Assembly: GCA_964587175.1 (NCBI GenBank)
Contig: CAZPKK010000003.1
Location: forward strand, 1 to 60,900
Reading direction: 5' to 3'
From: an uncultured Clostridium sp.
GTDB lineage: Bacteria > Bacillota > Clostridia > TANB77 > CAG-508
DNA length: 60,900 nt
Made by a program: the position numbers and the translations under genes
Part shown: positions 46,801 through 54,129 of the stretch, one piece after another
How the letters are laid out: every line of letters begins with the position of its first letter
How positions within the stretch are numbered: the stretch's first letter is position 1
Notes under the pieces: model-generated
Database searches by the model: none
What the model was told of the DNA's origin: nothing
The model's input: the letters and a program-made list of their open reading frames with translations, nothing else

Positions 46801-48348
46801 GTGAATATAGTGTTAACTCCGGAGTATTTAGAGCATTGTGCAGATGAAGCCGTAAGAATAAATGTAGAATTAGAAAATTTTATTATAAAAGATATTGCTA
46901 GAAGAATTGTAGAAGCTGGAACTATGACAGAAACAGCCAGGCATCAAATAAAAGCACTTCAAGAAGCTGGATATTTATATGATGATATTATTGAAGAAAT
47001 TGCAAATATAATGAAAAAATCTAAAAATGCAGTAAAGAAGATATTTGAAAATGCAACAGTAGAAGCTATGAAATTTGATGATGAAATATATAAATTAGCT
47101 GGATTAAAGCCAACAGCATTTAGAGAAAGTCCTGTAATGATGCAAATATTAAGAGCAGGAATAGAAAAGGCTAATGGAGATATTAACAATTTAATAATGA
47201 CAACAGCAGGAACTTCACAAAGTAAATTTCAAGAAATGGCAAATATGGCATATAGGCAGTTTACAAGTGGAGCTTTTGACTATAATACAGCAATATTTAA
47301 TGCAGTAGAACAATTATCAAAAGATGGAATCAATGTATTATATCCTTCAGGAAAACTTGATAAAATAGATGTAGCAGTTAGAAGAGCTGTTTTAACATGT
47401 GTAAATCAAACAGCTAATAAACTTCAAGACCAACGAGCCGAAGAAATGGGAACAGATCTGGTAGAAGTTACTGCTCACATTGGAGCGAGAGTAACTAAAA
47501 AGCAAGACTGGACTAATCATGCTTGGTGGCAAGGAAAAGTTTATAGCATTAGTGGAAAAAGTGACAAATATCCTAGCCTAGAAGTTACAGGGTATGGAAA
47601 AATAGATGGATTAGGAGGAATAAATTGTAGACACAGTAAATTTCCATTTATAGAAGGTGTTAGTGAAAGAGCCTATACAGATAAAGAACTAGAAGAAATA
47701 AACAATAAAACTGTAAAATACAAAGGAAAGGAAATAGGAGAATATGAAGCTTTACAAATGCAAAGAGCAAAAGAAAGAGAAATAAGAGCTATAAAGAGGG
47801 AAATATCAGGCTATCAAGGAATAATGCTTGGTAGTAATGAAGAAAGTCTTGTAACACATGCTCAAAACAAATTTGATTTAACATCTGAAAAACTAAAAAA
47901 TAAAGAGAAAGAACTAGATGAATTTATAAGTGAAACAGGATTAAAAAGAAATACAGAAAGAGAAAGAGTAGCAGGCTTTAACAAAAGTATTTCGCAAAAA
48001 GCTGTAAACGCATCCAAAAGACTTGCAGAAAACAGAGAAATGCTATATAATAGTACCATAGAATTGGGCAGACAAATAGGATTTATAGATAATGTGGGTA
48101 CACAATCTTTTATTCCAAAAGGAGCGGAAATAACAAATATAGTGACAATAGCTGGAGACACAGCAAAGACTTTTAGAAATGCGAAAAAATACGTTGAATT
48201 GTATGGTGGAACAGTAAGTGATTGGAGTAAAAGAGCAGGTAAAATTGAAAGTGATAAATATATATTTGACATTCATTGGGTACAGAACAAAAATGGACTT
48301 ATGTTTGAGTGGAAATTAAAAAATAAAACATTGAAAGGAGGCACTTAA
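46801..48348 (+). CDS. MuF/SPP1 gp7-type head morphogenesis protein with a C-terminal extension
   Basis: The GGINCRHSKFPF motif is at residues ~272-283. The YEALQMQRAKEREIRAIKRE block is present. About 100 additional aa follow at the C-terminus. Confidence 0.8.
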   Translation: MNIVLTPEYLEHCADEAVRINVELENFIIKDIARRIVEAGTMTETARHQIKALQEAGYLYDDIIEEIANIMKKSKNAVKKIFENATVEAMKFDDEIYKLAGLKPTAFRESPVMMQILRAGIEKANGDINNLIMTTAGTSQSKFQEMANMAYRQFTSGAFDYNTAIFNAVEQLSKDGINVLYPSGKLDKIDVAVRRAVLTCVNQTANKLQDQRAEEMGTDLVEVTAHIGARVTKKQDWTNHAWWQGKVYSISGKSDKYPSLEVTGYGKIDGLGGINCRHSKFPFIEGVSERAYTDKELEEINNKTVKYKGKEIGEYEALQMQRAKEREIRAIKREISGYQGIMLGSNEESLVTHAQNKFDLTSEKLKNKEKELDEFISETGLKRNTERERVAGFNKSISQKAVNASKRLAENREMLYNSTIELGRQIGFIDNVGTQSFIPKGAEITNIVTIAGDTAKTFRNAKKYVELYGGTVSDWSKRAGKIESDKYIFDIHWVQNKNGLMFEWKLKNKTLKGGT

Positions 48349-48585
48349 TTGAAAGTTAGATACATTGGAACAAGCTTTGGAGTAGAAAGCTTAACAAATG
48401 GAAAAATTTATGAATGCATAGCTATTGAAGATGGTTTTCTGCGAATTATAGATGATAGTGGCGAAGATTACTTATATTCAGCAATAAAACCTGCTGCAAT
48501 GGATAATTTGGAATTATGTGGCAAATGGGAAATTATAGAAGACAATGAAAATGGAGATTTAAAAAAGGCACTAAAACAGATATAG
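48349..48585 (+). CDS. Hypothetical 78-aa protein
   Basis: The TTG start abuts the upstream stop. The gene has its own terminator. Confidence 0.5.
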   Translation: MKVRYIGTSFGVESLTNGKIYECIAIEDGFLRIIDDSGEDYLYSAIKPAAMDNLELCGKWEIIEDNENGDLKKALKQI

Positions 48586-48590
48586 AAATA

Positions 48591-48623
48591 AAAAACATTA
48601 TAATTCGGTATAGTGTTTTTTTT
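48591..48623 (+). terminator. Intrinsic terminator
   Basis: Stem aaaaacattata/tatagtgttttt with a T-run. Confidence 0.6.
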
Positions 48624-48651
48624 GTTGATAATTGAAAGGTGGTGATAAAAT

Positions 48652-48870
48652 ATGGCAAAAACAATTATGGTTGATTTAAAAATTAAGCAAAATTTTCAGG
48701 ACAAAGAAACTAAAGTTAGTTATAAAAAAGGAAGAATATATTCCTTTACAGAAAAAAGGGCTGAGGAATTATTAAAAAATCCTTATTTAGTTGAGAAAGT
48801 ATCAACAAAAGAAGTTAAAGATGTTGAAGAGACAGCAGATAGTATAGCAACAGAAAATACTACAAAATAG
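48652..48870 (+). CDS. Hypothetical 72-aa protein
   Basis: The SD is AAAGGTGGTGA. The gene is followed by its own terminator. Confidence 0.5.
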   Translation: MAKTIMVDLKIKQNFQDKETKVSYKKGRIYSFTEKRAEELLKNPYLVEKVSTKEVKDVEETADSIATENTTK

Positions 48871-48898
48871 TTTCTGGAAATTAAATAGTTATTATTTT

Positions 48899-48926
48899 TA
48901 GGCATATTTCATATGTCTATTTTTTT
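48899..48926 (+). terminator. Intrinsic terminator
   Basis: Stem taggcatat/atatgtcta followed by T7. Confidence 0.65.
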
Positions 48927-49024
48927 ATGTAAAAATTCGATTACTTACAAATCGTAATAAATGTAAGCAGCAACGAGAAGAGAAACTCGTAGAAAATCGT
49001 AGCTGGGAAGAAAGGAAAAGTATT

Positions 49025-49621
49025 ATGAAAAGGAAATTTATTGAAGACCAAATCAAAGCTTTAGGAATAACCGATGAAGCTGAAATAAAGAAAGTAGTTG
49101 AATCAATTATGGAGGAGAACGGAAAAGATATTACTCCGTTAAAAACTCAAATTGAAACTTTAAAGGAAGATATCGAAGTACAGAAAGGTGTAGTTGATCA
49201 AAAAAACACAAAGATTAAAGAATTAGAAGAAGTCGATATAGAAGCACTAAAAACAGCTGAATATGAAAGAGGTAAAGCCGAAGGCTCAAAAGAGGTTGAA
49301 GAAATGAAATTCAATACTGCCTTAGAAACTGCCTTAAAAGGGTTAAAAGTAAAAGATAAGGCATCTATAATTGGTCATTTGAATATGAAAAAAATTGGCA
49401 AAGAAACAGACAAAGATACGGGAGAGATAAAAATTACAGGTTTAGAAGATCAAATAAAAGAAATTAAAGAAAAAGATAACGGTAAATATAATTATTTGTT
49501 TGAGCCAGAAGAAGGAGACAAACCTTTACCACGTTTTTCTACTCAACAAACAAATAATAATCAAACGAATACAAACAATGACACATTATTAGGAGCCTTA
49601 AAAGAAAAATTTAACAAATAA
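49025..49621 (+). CDS. Scaffolding protein
   Basis: A coiled-coil, acidic protein of 198 aa, directly before the capsid gene. Confidence 0.65.
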   Translation: MKRKFIEDQIKALGITDEAEIKKVVESIMEENGKDITPLKTQIETLKEDIEVQKGVVDQKNTKIKELEEVDIEALKTAEYERGKAEGSKEVEEMKFNTALETALKGLKVKDKASIIGHLNMKKIGKETDKDTGEIKITGLEDQIKEIKEKDNGKYNYLFEPEEGDKPLPRFSTQQTNNNQTNTNNDTLLGALKEKFNK

Positions 49622-49637
49622 TTAATAGGAGGTAAAT

Positions 49638-50621
49638 ATGATAACTTTAGCAGAAGCCAAAGTTGGTATGGCTGACAAAGTAGACCAACAAGTTATTGAT
49701 GAATTTAGAAGAGGATCTTTATTATTAGATATGTTAATCTTTGATGATGCAGTAAGTCCTGGAACAGGTGGAAGCACATTAACATACGGATATATGAAAT
49801 TAAAAACACCATCTACTGCAGCTTTTAGAAAACTAAATACTGAATATGAGGGCAACGAAGCAATTAGAGAGAAAGCATCAGTAGATTTAAAGATTTTTGG
49901 TGGAGAATTTAGCCTAGATAGAGTTATAATTAAGTCTTCTGGTGCTATTGATGAATTAGATTTCCAAATGAAAGAAAAAATAAAAGGAGCTGTAAACTTA
50001 TTCCATTACACAGTTATAAATGGTGATTCTTCTTCAAATGTAGATGAGTTTGATGGTTTGAATAAATTTCTAACTGGTTCAAGCACAGAATATAATGCTG
50101 ATGGTACAATTGATTTATCAACAAGTGAACAAATGGATAAAAATTATAATGAATTTTTAGATATGATGGATGAGTTTATTAGCTTAATGAATGGTAAACC
50201 ATCTTTACTTATGATGAATAGCAAAATGAAAACAAAAATGAAAGGAATTGCAAGAAGAGCAGGATATTATTCACAAACTGAAGATGCTTTTGGAAGAACT
50301 GTTGATAACTGGGATGGAGTTCCTTTCGTGGACTTAGAAGAATATTTTGATCCTGATACTCAAACTACAGTTCCATGTGTTCCAATTGCAGATGATGGAA
50401 CAACTTCTATTTATGCAGTTCAAATAGCTAATGACGGATTTCATGGAGTATCTTTGCAAGGAGAGCAAATAATTTCTACTGCACTACCTAACTTAGAGGA
50501 GGCAGGCGTAATCAAAAAGGGAGATGTAGAAATGGTTGCAGGAGTTTGCTTAAAGAACTCATTAAAAGCTGGTGTATTTAGAAATATTAAAGTAAAAGCA
50601 ACAGTAGTAAATGATGAATAG
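49638..50621 (+). CDS. Major capsid protein
   Basis: The protein is 327 aa. The call rests on position after the scaffold gene and on its composition. Confidence 0.8.
   Translation: MITLAEAKVGMADKVDQQVIDEFRRGSLLLDMLIFDDAVSPGTGGSTLTYGYMKLKTPSTAAFRKLNTEYEGNEAIREKASVDLKIFGGEFSLDRVIIKSSGAIDELDFQMKEKIKGAVNLFHYTVINGDSSSNVDEFDGLNKFLTGSSTEYNADGTIDLSTSEQMDKNYNEFLDMMDEFISLMNGKPSLLMMNSKMKTKMKGIARRAGYYSQTEDAFGRTVDNWDGVPFVDLEEYFDPDTQTTVPCVPIADDGTTSIYAVQIANDGFHGVSLQGEQIISTALPNLEEAGVIKKGDVEMVAGVCLKNSLKAGVFRNIKVKATVVNDE
50211..50246 (+). repeat. 36-bp direct repeat, copy 1 (inside the capsid gene)
   Basis: The sequence atgatgaatagcaaaatgaaaacaaaaatgaaagga is identical to 50611-50646. Confidence 0.95.
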
Positions 50622-50646
50622 CAAAATGAAAACAAAAATGAAAGGA
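50611..50646 (+). repeat. 36-bp direct repeat, copy 2 (spans the capsid stop codon)
   Basis: Identical to 50211-50246, offset by 400 nt. Confidence 0.95.
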
Positions 50647-50655
50647 TGATAGGGC

Positions 50656-51007
50656 ATGAGATATTGCGACTATAATTTCTATAAAGAAGAATATGGGCGG
50701 AACAATGCCCGAAAGTTCTTTTTTAAAATTATCAATCAGAGCGAGCATGTATATAAAAAGAAATACATTTGGAAGAATTGATATAGACAATATACCTGAT
50801 GAAGTAAAATACTGTATGTGTGACATTGCAGATCAAATCCAAAAGAAAGAAAAAAGATTTGGTAAAACTTCTGAAAGTGTTGGCTCTTGGTCCGTAAATT
50901 ATCAAGAAAATGCCGATATACAAGAAGAGTTTTTTGATACACTAGTAAATTATCTATTAAATGTAAAAACACCAGATGGCAATTCTATTTTGGCCAGGAG
51001 GTGTTAG
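50656..51007 (+). pseudogene. Head-tail connector (gp6-like), frameshifted
   Basis: ATG 50656 reads MRYCDYNFYKEEYG. The +1 frame continues GTMPESSFLKLSIRASMYI..., a typical connector N-terminal pattern. An extra nucleotide lies at about 50698. Confidence 0.65.
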
Positions 51008-51013
51008 AGATTT

Positions 51014-51436
51014 ATGTTTGAAGATGAGATAACCTTATACAATAAGAAATACAACTCTAATACGAGAGACTATGAATATAAGAGAACATATATAAAAGGC
51101 GTAAATATAGAAAAAGCAAAAGCTGTTAATGTAATAATGTCAGGACTTGAAAATGCTAGCTCTGGAACAATTTATATCCCTTCCGAAGATATTGATACGG
51201 AAGGGAAAAGTTTTGCTGAGAACAAAGAATATCAAGCCTTGTCAGAAGAAGAAATAGAAAAATTTTTCACTTTGCAAAATGGAGACATAATTGTAAAAGG
51301 TATCATTGATTATGAAATAAAAGAAGAAAATACGATTACTAATTTAAAAAATGTATATGACAATGTTTACGAAATAGTTAGTGTTGACGATAAAAGAAAA
51401 GGTGGATTACAACATTGGGAGGTATCTCTAAAATGA
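51014..51436 (+). CDS. Head-tail joining protein
   Basis: The call rests on position in the connector block. Confidence 0.45.
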   Translation: MFEDEITLYNKKYNSNTRDYEYKRTYIKGVNIEKAKAVNVIMSGLENASSGTIYIPSEDIDTEGKSFAENKEYQALSEEEIEKFFTLQNGDIIVKGIIDYEIKEENTITNLKNVYDNVYEIVSVDDKRKGGLQHWEVSLK

Positions 51437-51825
51437 TAGAATTTCACGGAACTTTAGAACTTGATAAAGACAAGATTTTAAAAGAAAAAGGACTAGAAAA
51501 TAACGGTTTTGCACAAAAGTTTGTTGATAATGAAGTTTTAAAAAGATGTGCGAAATATATACCCTTTAGAACAGGTGCATTAATGAATATGGGAACTTTG
51601 GGAACTGTAATAGGAAGCGGAGAAGTAGCTTGGATAGGAGTTAAGCCTAGATATCTATATTATGGAAAAGTCATGGTAGGACCTGCACCTAAAACAGTTA
51701 CAGATAAAGATCTAGTATATTATGGAGGACCTCAGAGAGGTGCATTTTGGTTTGAAAGAATGAAATCAGCAGAAGGGGAAGAGATAATAAAAGGACTTCA
51801 AAAACTAGTAAATGGAGGGAATTAA
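51433..51825 (+). CDS. HK97 gp10-like / minor capsid family protein
   Basis: The ATGA start overlaps the upstream stop. The call rests on position between the connector and tail genes. Confidence 0.5.
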   Translation: MIEFHGTLELDKDKILKEKGLENNGFAQKFVDNEVLKRCAKYIPFRTGALMNMGTLGTVIGSGEVAWIGVKPRYLYYGKVMVGPAPKTVTDKDLVYYGGPQRGAFWFERMKSAEGEEIIKGLQKLVNGGN

Positions 51826-51831
51826 TAATTT

Positions 51832-52254
51832 ATGGAAACTACAAAAAAATCAATCATAAAAGCTCTTAGGGAATATATATCTTCATGTCCTTATTTACAT
51901 GATGGAAAAATAGGCGTTGATTATTTAGAACATGAAATTGCCTATAGTATTGAGCCAACACCTGTTGCACCAATTGATACTTATTTTATAGATGATTCGG
52001 AAATAAAACAATTTGCTTTTATTTTAGCAAGTCGTGAAAGTTATGGACAAGAAACAATTCAAAATATTTTAAATACAGAATTTTACGAAGACTTTAATAA
52101 TTGGATTGAAGAACAAAACTTAAATGGAAATTTACCAAAAATAGATGGAATTGAAACAATAGAGTGTACAAGTACAGGATATGCATATCAGACTGGAATT
52201 GATACAGCAAGATATCAAATTCCGTTAAAAATTACTTACTATAAAGAATTATAA
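51832..52254 (+). CDS. Tail completion protein
   Basis: The gene lies immediately upstream of the tail tube gene. Confidence 0.45.
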   Translation: METTKKSIIKALREYISSCPYLHDGKIGVDYLEHEIAYSIEPTPVAPIDTYFIDDSEIKQFAFILASRESYGQETIQNILNTEFYEDFNNWIEEQNLNGNLPKIDGIETIECTSTGYAYQTGIDTARYQIPLKITYYKEL

Positions 52255-52274
52255 GAAAAGGAGGAACGGTTTAT

Positions 52275-52748
52275 ATGAAAAGAAGTTTATATGCTTCATT
52301 TATGGACATAGGAGGCTCAAATGGAGAAAATTTTGTAAGAATGGGGAAAGGTATTTCAGAAATGTCGGAAGCATACAATGCTGAAGAAGAATCAAATCAA
52401 TATATCCATGAAGACAGTGCAACTAATGAATTAATTTCTTATTCTCCTACTTTTGATGTTACACAGAAATGTTATGCAGACGAGCCAATTTTCATGTTTG
52501 TAGATGAGTTAAGAAAAAACTTAGCAGTAGAGGAAGATGCAAAAGTAAATTGCTTAAAAGTTTATTTATATAGTCAATTAGCAGAAAATGTTTATGAGGC
52601 TGCAAAAATAAATACAACTATTGTTATTAGTGATTTTGATGCTAAAGAAATAACATATAGCGTAAAACAAAATGGAGATCAAGAAAAAGGATATGTAACA
52701 ATAAATGATGGACAAGTAACATTTACAGCAGGAGAATATTCTGCTTAA
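52275..52748 (+). CDS. Major tail (tube) protein
   Basis: The gene lies before the chaperone and tape-measure genes, has an AAAGGAGG SD, and is followed by a terminator. Confidence 0.65.
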   Translation: MKRSLYASFMDIGGSNGENFVRMGKGISEMSEAYNAEEESNQYIHEDSATNELISYSPTFDVTQKCYADEPIFMFVDELRKNLAVEEDAKVNCLKVYLYSQLAENVYEAAKINTTIVISDFDAKEITYSVKQNGDQEKGYVTINDGQVTFTAGEYSA

Positions 52749-52760
52749 TTGTAAAAAATG

Positions 52761-52797
52761 CTGTTATTACGACAAAAATCGTAATAGCAGTGTTTTC
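52761..52797 (+). terminator. Intrinsic terminator after the tail tube gene
   Basis: A 12-bp stem ctgttattacga/tcgtaatagcag followed by tgtttt. Confidence 0.55.
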
Positions 52798-52833
52798 ATT
52801 ATATAATTTATAAAATTTTTAAAGGAGGAGAAT

Positions 52834-53358
52834 ATGTCAAACGGATCAATAAAAATTACAAAGAAAAATATATACACTATTGATTTATTAAATGATGAAA
52901 ATGAAGTGTTTTATACTTTAAAATTCCATATTGGAGATACTAAATTTCCAGTTAAAATATTAGAATTATATGATGATGCTTTTAAAGAAATGAAAAAATT
53001 AGAAGAGCAAGAAGAGTTACTAAAGAAAGAAATTTTAAATGAAGGGCATAAAGAAGTACCGTATATAGAAAATATAACAGCAGAAAATATAAAAAATATG
53101 GAAAATGAATTAAGTCCTGCTATGAGAAAATTTTTCTATATGGAAGCAGAGGGATATGATAGATTAAGAAATTTGTTAGATAAGTTTTTAGGAGAAGGTA
53201 CATGTCAAGCAATATTTGGAGATTACAACGACAAAGAAGAATTTGCAGATTTTCTAAAGGGATTATTACCTGAATTTGAAAAAATGGGAGTAAGAATTCA
53301 AAACATACAACAAAATATGTATAAAAAATATGCTCCGAAAAATAATAAGGTGATTTGA
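52834..53358 (+). CDS. Tail assembly chaperone
   Basis: The call rests on position. The protein is acidic. Confidence 0.55.
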   Translation: MSNGSIKITKKNIYTIDLLNDENEVFYTLKFHIGDTKFPVKILELYDDAFKEMKKLEEQEELLKKEILNEGHKEVPYIENITAENIKNMENELSPAMRKFFYMEAEGYDRLRNLLDKFLGEGTCQAIFGDYNDKEEFADFLKGLLPEFEKMGVRIQNIQQNMYKKYAPKNNKVI

Positions 53359-53359
53359 T

Positions 53360-53941
53360 ATGACTAATTATCCAACACATGCAGAAATTGACAGTAAACT
53401 ATATAAAATTAATACTGACTTTAGATATGCCTTAGCATGTTTTAAAATAATAGATGATGCTTCTATTTCTAATGTGGAAAGAGCTCTTGCAGTAATAAGT
53501 GTTCTGTTTGGAAAAGAAGATGAAGAAGGCAATATAGTAAATATACCAGAAAATCTGGAAGTTGCTTTAAAAAAAGCAGCTATTTTTTTATCATGTGGAA
53601 AAGAAAAGAAGAATATAAAGGAAGTAAAAAAAGACATGGACTTTGAATATGATTCTGGTTATATTCGTGCAAGTTTTATGTCTGATTATTCAATAGATTT
53701 AGCAACTTCAAAAATGCACTTTTGGCAATTTTGTGAATTAATAAGTGGTTTAACAGAAGATAGCATATTAAATCGTGTAAGAGATTTAAGAAATACTAAT
53801 TTATCGGATTATAAAGATTCTAAGACAAAACAGAAATTACAGGATGCAATGGAAAGAGTAGCTTTACCAAAAGAAGAAGATTATGATGCCGAAGAATTAG
53901 AAATGATAAATAATTTCAACAAATTGCTAGGAGATGATTAA
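53360..53941 (+). CDS. Gp15-family phage protein
   Basis: The pattern LYKINTDFRYALACFKIIDD matches my memory of the Gp15 family. The gene lies before the tape measure gene. Confidence 0.6.
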   Translation: MTNYPTHAEIDSKLYKINTDFRYALACFKIIDDASISNVERALAVISVLFGKEDEEGNIVNIPENLEVALKKAAIFLSCGKEKKNIKEVKKDMDFEYDSGYIRASFMSDYSIDLATSKMHFWQFCELISGLTEDSILNRVRDLRNTNLSDYKDSKTKQKLQDAMERVALPKEEDYDAEELEMINNFNKLLGDD

Positions 53942-54092
53942 AATAAAAAAAGTAGAATGTCCTTACTGTGGTTATCAAATGCCCATTACATTTAACAAAG
54001 AAGCTAAATGTAGTGGCGTTTTTGTTAAGTGTAAAGGTAAGAAATGTAAAAAAGTATTTGAAATAATAATAAAAGAAAAACAAGTCAAGTAG
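53934..54092 (+). CDS. Com-like / Cys-rich zinc-ribbon protein, 52 aa
   Basis: The sequence is MIKIKKVECPYCGYQM...VKCKGKKCKKVFEI. The ORF overlaps the upstream stop and is below the ORF-track length cutoff. Confidence 0.4.
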   Translation: MIKIKKVECPYCGYQMPITFNKEAKCSGVFVKCKGKKCKKVFEIIIKEKQVK

Positions 54093-54129
54093 AGCCATTA
54101 TGTGCCGATGACTTACCAAAAATAAGGAG

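Noticed and set aside
52834-53941. A canonical -1 programmed frameshift (gpG/gpGT type) between the two genes upstream of the tape measure gene.
   Set aside because: I could not find an XXXYYYZ slippery heptamer near the end of the first ORF. The second ORF is in the +1 frame and has its own SD (AAGGTGA) and ATG.
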